DNA of 33,898 nucleotides from positions 1-33,898 of the IMG/VR virus record IMGVR_UViG_3300017912_003443, one strand, 5' to 3'. The notes under the pieces were generated by a model. It saw only the letters and a list, made by a program, of their open reading frames with translations. It was not told the DNA's origin and did not search any database. Below are positions 1 to 9,100 of this stretch, one piece after another (position 1 is the stretch's first letter; the number at the start of each line of letters is the position of its first letter). The DNA is from a virus. Its lineage: Duplodnaviria; Caudoviricetes. A program made the translations under genes and the position numbers.

Positions 1-1116
1 AGCACCAGAAGTTGTGTTTGCAGTAAATCCAACATCGGTAACAGCAGTGTTCTTGATGATGTTGAATGCTACTTCGTTGAGATCATCAATACTATTAACA
101 ATTGATGATGATGTTGTAAACGTATTAAGTGCTCCAGATGTTGTTAAACTTCCATCACTTGCGGATCCTAGCTTAAGATTTCCACCTGTTCCATAGTAAT
201 TGTTTGCAGTAACGATACCTACATTTAAGACCGCAGTATTAGATGAATCTGCCTCTGCTCCACCAGTTGTTCCAACACCAACATTACCACTAGAGTCAAT
301 TGAAACTCTGGCACTTCCTGCTGTTAAAAACTCAAGTGAGTCTTCATCTTGTCCAGCAGCAGATTCTGCTCTAATAAATGTATCTCCATCTACGTCTTTA
401 ACACCTCCAAGTGATCCCCATGCATTACCTGCGCCATATCCTTCAAACTGAGATAAGGTTGTATTATATCTAACTTGTCCAAGAACACCACTTAATCTCT
501 GTGCGGTAGTTCCTCTTGGTAACTGAATAGAACCAGTACTACTGAATACAGCATTTCCAGTTACATCAAGATTTCTACCAATTGCTAGATCTCTTGTAAT
601 TGATAAGTCTTGACCGATTGTTACATCATCGGGAAGACCAATAGTTACTGTATTATTAGTTACTGCAGTGTTAACTTCGTTTGAAGTACCACTAAATGTA
701 AGGTCTTCTGAAAGCAATGCTACAGTATCTGTTCCAGAATCACCAGCAATGTTTAGTGTTGCTACTGCATCAATGAATGAGAGAGTTCCAGAACCATCTG
801 TTGCCAGGACTTGATTGTTTGACCCATCAGTTCCCGGAAAAGTGAAGGAAACATCAGAAGCAAGACTATCAGGTGCTTTGATTGTAATGGCATTGGTGCC
901 ATTATTAGTGCCTTCTACAAGTTTGACTCCGCTACCTACGGAAGCAGAACCAACCGACCAAAATCTTCCCGATCCTACAAATTGATTATTATTTGTGGTA
1001 GAGTCAATACCAACATATAAGTCATAACTATCGGTAGTAAATCCAGGTTCACCTGCCCTCAGTCCGGGGAGATTAGTAAGAAGACCTCTCTTAAACTGAA
1101 TTACAGGAGCTGTCAT
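1..1116 (-). CDS. Tail fibre / virion fibre protein, N-terminal 372 aa (runs off the window edge)
   Basis: Not in the ORF track because there is no stop in the window. ATG at 1116 reads MTAPVIQFKRGLLTNLPGLRAGEPGFTTDSYDLYVG, an IQFKRG...GEPG...D..LY.G fibre N-terminal motif. Later motifs are LPRGTTAQR...GQVRYNTTLSQFEGY...WGSLGG and GNVGVGT. It is preceded by a TAAATA late promoter. Confidence 0.85.
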   Translation of the reverse strand, partial: MTAPVIQFKRGLLTNLPGLRAGEPGFTTDSYDLYVGIDSTTNNNQFVGSGRFWSVGSASVGSGVKLVEGTNNGTNAITIKAPDSLASDVSFTFPGTDGSNNQVLATDGSGTLSFIDAVATLNIAGDSGTDTVALLSEDLTFSGTSNEVNTAVTNNTVTIGLPDDVTIGQDLSITRDLAIGRNLDVTGNAVFSSTGSIQLPRGTTAQRLSGVLGQVRYNTTLSQFEGYGAGNAWGSLGGVKDVDGDTFIRAESAAGQDEDSLEFLTAGSARVSIDSSGNVGVGTTGGAEADSSNTAVLNVGIVTANNYYGTGGNLKLGSASDGSLTTSGALNTFTTSSSIVNSIDDLNEVAFNIIKNTAVTDVGFTANTTSGA

Positions 1117-1145
1117 TTCTTTTAATTACTAATTTGCTTTTGCTT

Positions 1146-1157
1146 TATTTATTTATG
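1146..1157 (-). promoter_or_regulatory. T4-type late promoter (two overlapping TAAATA cores)
   Basis: Minus strand reads CATAAATAAATA about 30 nt upstream of the ATG at 1116, matching the NATAAATA gp55-type consensus. Confidence 0.75.
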
Positions 1158-1158
1158 T

Positions 1159-1395
1159 TTAAAAAGAACCGCCATCTAGTTTTCCCAAATTCATATTGGA
1201 AGTATCCACTTCTGCTTCAACTTGTCTAACAAAATTATCAGATATATCACCACTTGCTGCAGCTGCTGATAAAATTCTATCCGGATTCACTAATATATAT
1301 TGATTGGTGGATGCATCATATTTTACTACATGTCTATTCTTAGCAGCGTTTAAAGTTCCAAAATTAACGTTATCTATTCCTCTAAAACTACGCAT
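1159..1395 (-). CDS. Small hypothetical, probably virion/fibre-associated; ends in LDGGSF; paralog of 1395..1688
   Basis: 78 aa. The start overlaps the upstream stop by 1 nt. Shares YDAS...LVNPD..LS...D..D.F..Q.E.E.D...LDGG.F with its neighbour. Confidence 0.75.
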   Translation of the reverse strand: MRSFRGIDNVNFGTLNAAKNRHVVKYDASTNQYILVNPDRILSAAAASGDISDNFVRQVEAEVDTSNMNLGKLDGGSF

Positions 1396-1688
1396 TAGAA
1401 TCCTCCTCCATCTAATACATCTATTTGTATCTCTCCAAGATCGAGTTCTCCTTCAAGTTGAGAAATAAAATCATCGGGGAGATCGCTATCTTGTATGGAT
1501 GTAGAAAGCACTACATCGGGATTCACTAAGACAAATTTGTCTATGCTAGCATCATAAACTAAAACATGCCCATCTTGAGCATTACCAACGCTTTCAATAT
1601 TAACATCATTAAGTTCTTCAAAGTTTGAAACTTGTCTAACTGATTGTACTCTCTTTGCGCTTGATGATTTTTTTCTTATAATAGGCAT
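1395..1688 (-). CDS. Small hypothetical, probably virion/fibre-associated; ends in LDGGGF
   Basis: 97 aa. Contains LNDV...DGHVLVYD, a motif typical of phage fibre-associated repeats. Tightly packed in the operon. Confidence 0.75.
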   Translation of the reverse strand: MPIIRKKSSSAKRVQSVRQVSNFEELNDVNIESVGNAQDGHVLVYDASIDKFVLVNPDVVLSTSIQDSDLPDDFISQLEGELDLGEIQIDVLDGGGF

Positions 1689-1696
1689 GGTGTTAA

Positions 1697-2032
1697 TTAG
1701 AGTGTAATTCCTGCAGTAACAAGTGACATTCCCTCCACTAATCTAGATTTAGCACCTGATGATGATGTTAATACCACGTCATACATATATCTTCCAGGTT
1801 CTAGTAATGCAGTTGCTCCAGAAGTCATTCCTATGGAAACTTCTCCAGATGCTGCGGTTATGGAAACTGAAAAAGTAAAAGATGTTGCAGACCCTGCATG
1901 TTTTTTCAATTTTGCTTCACCAATGTATCCGGCAAGATTGGTGGTATCTCCATTAGTTTCTGTAGACAAGAAAGTTTCTGTGAATTCAGAACCTTGTGGA
2001 ATAACTATATTTACCGAAGGTGTTGCCGCCAT
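1697..2032 (-). CDS. Small beta-sandwich virion structural protein (fibre adaptor-like)
   Basis: 111 aa with NI.I.QG..F, NL.GY...A..KK, GRY.YDV and R.VEG...V..G.T motifs, which I recall from cyanomyovirus structural proteins downstream of gp16. It has its own late promoter. Confidence 0.75.
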   Translation of the reverse strand: MAATPSVNIVIPQGSEFTETFLSTETNGDTTNLAGYIGEAKLKKHAGSATSFTFSVSITAASGEVSIGMTSGATALLEPGRYMYDVVLTSSSGAKSRLVEGMSLVTAGITL

Positions 2033-2043
2033 CTCTTTCTTTT

Positions 2044-2469
2044 TTAACTATTTATATTTTTATCTACCTTTTTCAGCATCTTCTGCAAATCAGCAGTAGA
2101 CCCTACAAACAAAGCATTAGTAACATTTGTTGGACCTTTTTGGGAAGTATCTTCCTCCACATCTTTTAACTTCTTCTGAAGTTCCATTAATTTATCCGTA
2201 GCATCGGAAACACTCTTAATTAACTGACCAGCAACTTCATATGCTCTTGGTTGCTCTGTTTCTTGTGCCAGTTCAAGAATACCATTAATTGCTTCTTGCC
2301 CTTTTTCTATAATTGAATATAAATTACCACGGGTGTATTCATAGTCTTTCCTAACATCTTCATACGAAGATGTTTTAGGTTTTACTTTTTCGATTTCAGG
2401 TTTTTCGTTGGGAAGTATCTCTCCCTCTACATCAAATGCTTCATCTAAACCATCAAATTTATTAGTCAT
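2044..2469 (-). CDS. g16: Terminase small subunit gp16
   Basis: Motifs DYEYTRGNLYSIIEKGQEAINGILELA, PRAYEVAGQLIK and NALFVGSTADLQK. It follows gp15. The ATG at 2469 is preferred over the track's TTG at 2475. Confidence 0.93.
   Translation of the reverse strand: MTNKFDGLDEAFDVEGEILPNEKPEIEKVKPKTSSYEDVRKDYEYTRGNLYSIIEKGQEAINGILELAQETEQPRAYEVAGQLIKSVSDATDKLMELQKKLKDVEEDTSQKGPTNVTNALFVGSTADLQKMLKKVDKNINS
2049..2056 (-). promoter_or_regulatory. Perfect T4 late promoter TATAAATA inside the last codons of gp16
   Basis: The plus-strand tatttata is TATAAATA on the minus strand, 16 nt upstream of the ATG at 2032. Confidence 0.8.
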
Positions 2470-2475
2470 ATTCAA

Positions 2476-3468
2476 TTACATAAATGTATTACCATCAAAT
2501 CCAAAATCGTCTCCAATCTCAATTAAATCATTATCTGCTTGTGTTATAGATTTGAGTTCTGCTCCCCTAACATGATCTTTTGCTGTAGTATTGTCTCTTC
2601 CTCTATCAATTGTAAGTTGGTTATTGCTACCAATTTTTTTGATATATATTAATTCTCCGTCAATCTCAAAGTAAGTATTTGCAGTAATACTACTATTATT
2701 GTCTACTGTAATAGTAGTATCTCCACTTTTAATATCTTCAGTAAGAAGAGTTACAACAGAATTATCATAATCTTTGACTGCTCTAGGTGTAACTCTATAA
2801 GCAATATCTCTCTTTTCAGAATTATCAGTATAGTAAGAGAGTGTTGCTTGCTTGATTGGTTCGACTCTTGTAACAGGACCAAACAGATATGTCTTCGCAG
2901 TAAATCTTAATGTATAAAGAAGAACTCTTCTAGAAGAGTAATCTCCCTCATAATCATCCTGCATTGTAATATTTTCTAATATGATAGGAACATCTCTTTT
3001 TTCTTTTATTGTGTCAACAAGTTCTACACTAAGATTAAATGCTGGTTGAAAATATGGTAAAATTTGTTCTACAATCTGAAGAGCATCGTCATTTAACTTA
3101 GACATGATGCTAAGTTCAAATTGCATATTGTAAGGAACCGGAGTGAAAGTCTTATTTACCTTCTTTTCTGTATTGGGGTCTTTTACAGCAATCTTTTGAG
3201 TTGTAGTAACTTTACGAGAAGAATCATAAGTAAGACCAGTAAACTCAAAAGACATTCTTGGTAAAGACAATGATGTAGATTTGTTTAAATCACCTGATTG
3301 CTCAAGTCTTGCCAAAAACTTTTGCGTAGGACCATATGCTAGAGGAATTTTCATCACACTGAAATTTGTATCAGAAGCATCCTTCTTCTGAATATTAATG
3401 TTATTAAAAAGAGTACCAAATGATATGATAGTCTTTCTTAGAATTTCGTGGTAAAAAAACTCAAACAT
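2476..3468 (-). CDS. g15: Tail sheath stabiliser / tail terminator gp15 with an extra C-terminal module
   Basis: Motifs FYHEILRKTIISFGTLFNNI, PLAYGPTQKFLARL, LPRMSFE, PVPYN, QIVEQILPYFQP and YTLRFTAKTYLFGP. Synteny g13-g14-g15-g16. Confidence 0.95.
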   Translation of the reverse strand: MFEFFYHEILRKTIISFGTLFNNINIQKKDASDTNFSVMKIPLAYGPTQKFLARLEQSGDLNKSTSLSLPRMSFEFTGLTYDSSRKVTTTQKIAVKDPNTEKKVNKTFTPVPYNMQFELSIMSKLNDDALQIVEQILPYFQPAFNLSVELVDTIKEKRDVPIILENITMQDDYEGDYSSRRVLLYTLRFTAKTYLFGPVTRVEPIKQATLSYYTDNSEKRDIAYRVTPRAVKDYDNSVVTLLTEDIKSGDTTITVDNNSSITANTYFEIDGELIYIKKIGSNNQLTIDRGRDNTTAKDHVRGAELKSITQADNDLIEIGDDFGFDGNTFM

Positions 3469-3489
3469 AATTTTTGTTCACTATAATAA

Positions 3490-3497
3490 TATTTAGT
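3490..3497 (-). promoter_or_regulatory. Late promoter ACTAAATA upstream of g15
   Basis: TAAATA core in the 28-nt g14-g15 gap. Confidence 0.7.
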
Positions 3498-4882
3498 TAA
3501 GGCATCCCAAAAGGATTTTTCTCGGTAAAATCAAGTATTCCGTCTGCTTCAAGTTCAATAGTGTCATTTTCTGAGTATCCGTCATCAGCAGGATCATTAT
3601 CTAATGAAAACACCGTATGTGTAGCAGAAGAAGAAGTACCGACAATAGTTTCTCCAATAGTGAAAGTTCCAGTAACATTACCAAGTTCAAGAACATTAGT
3701 AGTTGTATTCCATGTTCGGACTCTTGCGGTTGTACCACTTGTAGAACCGGTCACAATTTCATTATAAGTAAAGTCTCCAGTGTCTGGTGATCCTGGAGAT
3801 GAAATTGTAATTGTAGGTGCTATAGTATATCCTATACCAGCATCTGTGATATTAATAGCAGTGATAGTTCCAGTAGAAGAGAGAATTGCTGTTGCTGCCG
3901 CAGATACAGTAGATATACCAGTAAATGTAATGGTTGGAGAGGTTGTATAACCAGAACCCCCACTGGTTACTGTGATAATTCCTATTGAACCACTTCCAAG
4001 GGTTGCACTAGCAGTAGCACCAATTCCAGTTTTACTTACGAATAATATTTCAGGTGCCACTGTATAACCAGCACCAGCATTTATTATATCTACAGAACTA
4101 ATAGCATCTCTATCAATTGTAACGGTTGCAAAACCGGTGTTTCCTCCAGAAGGTGCTGATGAAATAGCAACTCTTGGAGCTATATTGTAAAAAGCACCTT
4201 GCTTTCCTACAGTAATAGAACGAATACCTCCATCAACTATACCTGTAATAGCAGTAGCAGTCGTTGCACTTCCGACCAAAGTCATTGTTAGTGTACCACC
4301 AAGGATGGTAGAATAACCAGATTCACTAACACCATCTGAATCACTCCCAACTAGAGTATCATCAATATCTTCTATACCGGTATCAATGATCTCATCTTCA
4401 TATCTGAAGAGTTCGCATCTTAACTCATAGACATAATTTTTTTGTAATTGGTAGAATGGTTTTTCATGCTCAACAAATTTTATTTCAAACATTCTATCAC
4501 CAAGGGGCATGTAAATGATATCGCCCTCTTTCGGTCTAGATGTTAATTTAAGATTTGCTATACCATCGGTTAATGGAGCAATATAATTTTCATATCTTTC
4601 TTTTGAAATGATGAAAGTCATCTCTTGTGTTGACTGTATTCCAAATTTAGAAAGTAATGTACTATTATCATCATACCCTTCGTAATTTTGAACATACGCT
4701 TCAATAGGATATGCATTTTCAAAAGAAGATTCAATAACTTCTTCAATAACAGTATTTGTGGACAGGAAAGAACGTGGAAGATAATAAACTTCCACACCAT
4801 ACATTCTTAACTGCTCATTTATTAAATCTTGTACAAGATTCTGTTCTCCACTTGTACCTTGAATAAAAAATGGATTTAACAT
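3497..4882 (-). CDS. g14: Neck protein gp14 with inserted Gly-rich repeats
   Basis: Motifs LNPFF...EQNLVQDLINEQLRMYGVEVYYLPR, LLSKFG, RPKEGDIIY, FEIKFVEHEKPFYQL, YELRCELF and a C-terminal DFTEKNPFG. Confidence 0.95.
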   Translation of the reverse strand: MLNPFFIQGTSGEQNLVQDLINEQLRMYGVEVYYLPRSFLSTNTVIEEVIESSFENAYPIEAYVQNYEGYDDNSTLLSKFGIQSTQEMTFIISKERYENYIAPLTDGIANLKLTSRPKEGDIIYMPLGDRMFEIKFVEHEKPFYQLQKNYVYELRCELFRYEDEIIDTGIEDIDDTLVGSDSDGVSESGYSTILGGTLTMTLVGSATTATAITGIVDGGIRSITVGKQGAFYNIAPRVAISSAPSGGNTGFATVTIDRDAISSVDIINAGAGYTVAPEILFVSKTGIGATASATLGSGSIGIITVTSGGSGYTTSPTITFTGISTVSAAATAILSSTGTITAINITDAGIGYTIAPTITISSPGSPDTGDFTYNEIVTGSTSGTTARVRTWNTTTNVLELGNVTGTFTIGETIVGTSSSATHTVFSLDNDPADDGYSENDTIELEADGILDFTEKNPFGMP

Positions 4883-4883
4883 A

Positions 4884-5732
4884 TTAACCTATCATATCTA
4901 AAGGAGGAAGTTCATATGTATTTGACATCTTCTCCATTAAATCATCAATTTCTTTTATAGCATCATCATAAATCTGTCTTCCATTAAGTTCTATTCCACC
5001 AGGAAGTTTAACTCCTTGGAACTTAATAAGATTTTGACCCCACTGTTTTTTGATAAGCATAGTCAAATATTTTTTAACAAAAGAGTCATTCCAAACTTTT
5101 GAAAAATCATTTGGATTTAACAATCTATAACAATCAATAACAATGTAATCTCCTACACTTACTCCTCCCCAATCTATATCAAGATATAATCTATCCATTC
5201 TTTGATTATATCTAATTTGCTTTTCTGTAGTTAGAAGAAAATCTATGTCTTCCAAATACGTTTTTGTCATAGCATACGTCAGCACTTCGGATGTTCCCCA
5301 ATAATAAATGTCATTAAGAAACATTTGATATTTAATACTGAACATATTGCTTACAGCAGTATTAGTTCCATCAAATTTAAATACTTTCTGAATACCTATA
5401 ATATCTGAAGGAACTTGTAAGTAATTGCTATTTTCAGTAAAACTAAAGGTAGTTGCCGTGCCAACTATAGATGTACTAGCAGTGCTGGTTGTTACTCCTG
5501 CCGTAGAACTTTCTCCTGCTGGTGCTCTACCTCTATTAACATCATCTTGTGTGATTTTATACTTTAAGTAGATCTGAGAAACCCCATCATAATGTCTCTC
5601 ATTCCAATATTGAAGGGCATCATCAACTAAGTCATCAATCTGCTCATCAGCAACGTTGATTTCTAATACAGGAGCTCCTAACTGTCTCTTACAATAATCA
5701 ATTAAAGTCTGTCTAGATGATGGTTGTGCCAT
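4884..5732 (-). CDS. g13: Neck protein gp13
   Basis: Motifs LIDYCKRQLGAPVLEINV.DEQIDD, KKQWGQNLIKFQGVKLPGGIELNG and LPPLDMIG. Confidence 0.96.
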   Translation of the reverse strand: MAQPSSRQTLIDYCKRQLGAPVLEINVADEQIDDLVDDALQYWNERHYDGVSQIYLKYKITQDDVNRGRAPAGESSTAGVTTSTASTSIVGTATTFSFTENSNYLQVPSDIIGIQKVFKFDGTNTAVSNMFSIKYQMFLNDIYYWGTSEVLTYAMTKTYLEDIDFLLTTEKQIRYNQRMDRLYLDIDWGGVSVGDYIVIDCYRLLNPNDFSKVWNDSFVKKYLTMLIKKQWGQNLIKFQGVKLPGGIELNGRQIYDDAIKEIDDLMEKMSNTYELPPLDMIG

Positions 5733-5756
5733 TTATTCACAAGTTTCCTATGTGTG

Positions 5757-5764
5757 TATTTATC
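5757..5764 (-). promoter_or_regulatory. Late promoter GATAAATA upstream of g13, overlapping the stop codon of the 57-aa ORF
   Basis: TAAATA core at 5757-5762, 24 nt upstream of the g13 ATG. Confidence 0.75.
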
Positions 5765-5933
5765 TCAATCCTATAATAGACATAGTTTCTTGTTGCTTAA
5801 AATATAATTTGCAAAATGATTTTGCCAAATTTCTCAATTCAACTATATCTTCACATTGATCTATTTTTGATGCAAGTTTTGTATATTCAAAACTCTTAGT
5901 TAAATTTGTAAGTTCAATTTCATTTGGGTTCAT
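5760..5933 (-). CDS. 57-aa helical microprotein, putative NblA-like phycobilisome degradation adaptor
   Basis: Hand translation: MNPNEIELTNLTKSFEYTKLASKIDQCEDIVELRNLAKSFCKLYFKQQETMSIIGLR. It is below the 60-aa track cutoff and fills the gap between the 76-aa ORF and g13. AAGGAG lies just upstream of the ATG. Coding status is well supported; the NblA identity is pattern recall only. Confidence 0.6.
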   Translation of the reverse strand: MNPNEIELTNLTKSFEYTKLASKIDQCEDIVELRNLAKSFCKLYFKQQETMSIIGLR

Positions 5934-6150
5934 TTAATAACTCCTTTAGTAAGTTTTTGATTTCATTGATATCCTCTTTTATATTAGCAACCTCTTTTTC
6001 AATGTTCTGTATTTTTTGATTCTTTTTATTTTTAGATTCACGACTGGTAATATATCTTTCATAACCAAGAGAATCTATATTTACAATTGAATCATTACTA
6101 GGGTCTCTTAAAAGATTTGAGTGACCCTCTATTCCGTGATATTCTGTCAT
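5920..6150 (-). CDS. Conserved small coiled-coil protein following VrlC-like gene
   Basis: 76 aa with an ATGA overlap on the VrlC stop. EGH..L.RD.....I.N motif, then heptad repeats (IQNIEKEVANIKEDINEIKNLLKELL). Confidence 0.85.
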   Translation of the reverse strand: MTEYHGIEGHSNLLRDPSNDSIVNIDSLGYERYITSRESKNKKNQKIQNIEKEVANIKEDINEIKNLLKELLNEPK

Positions 6151-9100
6151 GCTAATGCGATAACTCTAAGGTCTTTAACTCTAGGAACATAAACTTGGTT
6201 AGTCGATGTCATTATGAGTTTGATTCTATAGTATCTAAATGGTTCCAAATTATCCATTGTAAAGATGTATTCCTTATACTCAAGATTGTTGCTATTAAAA
6301 TCAAGGACATTCGTTTTTTGTATCTCAGTATCAGGATGACCATCATTATCTTTTAGATTTATGATGTTTCCATTTGATTTTAGATTTGAGAATCCTGGGA
6401 ATGGGGTAAAGATAGGATTTGATGTTGGTTCATTTCCAACACAATAGAATGCTCTGATATCAGAGAAAGTATTAATGTAAGCATTAAGATCAATCTTAAG
6501 TGAAGTTGCAGAGTTTTCCAGAGAAAGTTCTCTAGAGATATATTGAAAAGCAGAAGGATCGGAATCAATACTATTTACTCTAGGATCTGTAATATAGTTT
6601 GTGATTGGATTATTAACTCTATTTGTAGTAAAGATTGTATTCATTCTTTGGGAATCAATTACAGGACTTACTCTTGTATCAACGGAGTTCAGGAATAATC
6701 TAAGAGTCATAGACTTATTGCCAGGAACATTAGTAAGTTTTTGATCCTCATTAACTTTAGAGAATATTGCTCTTGGTGTAGAGAGGAAATTTGGTTTATT
6801 TAATACAATTGATTCAAATCCATTATCAACAAATGGAATTTCATTTCCACTAATTCCAGTAGTTGTTGTGGATCTAAACTGGGCATTAATTGTAGAACCC
6901 TGAACAGTCTGAGACTGAATCATCGGAGTTACAATTTCATAAGGAATATTTTGAGATGCTCTAATTCCATATCCACCAGCAGATTTTGTATCTTGAATAT
7001 AAAGTGAAGGTGCATCATCTGTATTTCTTTCTGTGCTGCGATCTAGATTATTAACATTAAACTTCTCCGCCATGTTAAGTTTGATATAGTAAGAATCTAA
7101 GGTGATTGGATTCGTAACAGTAACATCATTCATATCATGAATTTTGTTAATTCTTGCTAGATTAATTCCAGATAGTTCATACTTGTAAACTAATGTGCCA
7201 ATTGGATAAGATGCTTTATTTGCACCTCTAGTAATTGTTCCTCCAATAACATTTGATCCTGATGTAGATGTATACTCTATAATTTCATCGCCAATTTTCA
7301 AATAACCACGGTTCGTATTCCCTACAGGGAACTTCTCAAACTCAGTAAAGGAAGCATTACTTTCTACAGAAATTGAACCTTGAGAACCTACATCGTATGC
7401 AATTGTAAGTCGAGTAGGAACTATATCAGATTCAACGCCACTTATCTCAACTCTATTATCATCAAAATACATACCATGATTTGCATGGTTGACTTTTATA
7501 TGTCTTCCATCAGAATCATTTGCGAATGTAGTTATTGATAATGGGTATACTGGTCCGGAAACATTGCTGATAGAGAATGTGGTAAATCCAACAGAATTAT
7601 TACTTGAAACATATTTAATTCCATTGCTGCTATTAGAAATAAAATCACCAACAACATTATCAAGTACAATAGTATTTGTAGCAGCAACACCGGCAACAGT
7701 TAATCTTAAGTCTCTTCCAACATCAACACCGGAAATACTAAGAACATCTCCCACATTATATGCACTACCTCCACCATCCGTAGAAATAGTTGCGCCAATA
7801 GCAACTCCGTTTTGAAATGTAATATTAGCATTGGCACCACTACCATTTCCAGAGAGGGTTACTAATGGCACCGAACGAGTTTGAGCACCAGAAGCTGGAG
7901 TATATCCAACACCTGGATTAGATACCGTCAGAGTTCCTGTTGCTGAACCTCCAACACCAACTAAATTGCCAGTGGCGTTAGTCCCATCTTGATGGAAAGT
8001 ATTTCCTAATTCATAATCGTTAGTTCCATCATCTGGTGCAGAAAGAACTATCTTAATTTTTCTTGATTTCAATTCAAGTGAGTTTGGTAGCAGATTTGGG
8101 ACTTGCTTATTTCCGACAGACAAACGTGAATTGAACAAGTCAATTGAACCGGAAGTATCAAACTCTGCTCTATAAAGTGTAAACTTAAGATCTTCCCACT
8201 GACTTGCCTCCCATCCAGATGCATTTTGTGATTTGAACAGCGAACCTAAGAATGGTTGTGTAGAAATCAGAGTATCTGTAAGAAAATCCTCTTGCCCAAT
8301 TCTTGATACAAAAGTATCATACTTTGTCGAGTTTGTGGATAAACAAATCGCGTATTCTTTTCTCCCTTCAAGATAAATTGGTGCTTTGAAGGTAAACGAT
8401 GTGGCAATAGAACTATCAGTTGAGATTGAAACTTCATCAGGATCTAAGATCACCTCTGACATAGGGAGAACTCTAGAAGTTGGAATTCCACCATCTACTG
8501 TTCTGATTTGCATAGTGATGGGAATACCCATGTCATCTTTAGATTTAAAGAAAATATCACACCTAGTAATAAAAATACCAGTTTCGTCATCAACAGTAAA
8601 AGTTTGAGCAAGTGGGTCATACCAAGCAGTAATAGTTTCAGGAGAAGTTCTATTGACCACACTGGTTCCAACAATCTGTGTTCCAGAGGATCTACTCACT
8701 GTCTGCTGTTCAAATTCTTTCTTATCTTCAAGTCTAATATTTCTAACAGAACCTTCATTTTCAATGATACCAGTAGCAGAGTATGATTCTGAAGCTATGG
8801 TGGTTACATTTTCAACATCATTGGTATCACTACTAGAAAGAGTGAAGGATCTAATGCCAGATTCAAATCTTGGATGATATGACGTAATTGTCTCGGGAAT
8901 ATAGAAACTGCCGATGAGAGATGATTGGTTATCGACAACTAACTTCAAATCAGATACTGTTGCAGTTGCCCCGCTACTTTCTCCAACAAGTAAAGTTCCA
9001 ACTTCAATATATCCATAATACTCACCTTGAGTCTCATTTGATAAAGAATATGTATCGATATTTAATATAGTTGAAGTTGAATTGTATGAAGATGGAATCA

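Noticed and set aside
14-451. Plus-strand 60-aa and 83-aa ORFs
   Set aside because: Antisense shadows of the fibre gene 1..1116, with no SD or promoter.
2470-2475. TTG start for gp16 given in the track
   Set aside because: An in-frame ATG two codons downstream (2469) is the more likely start.
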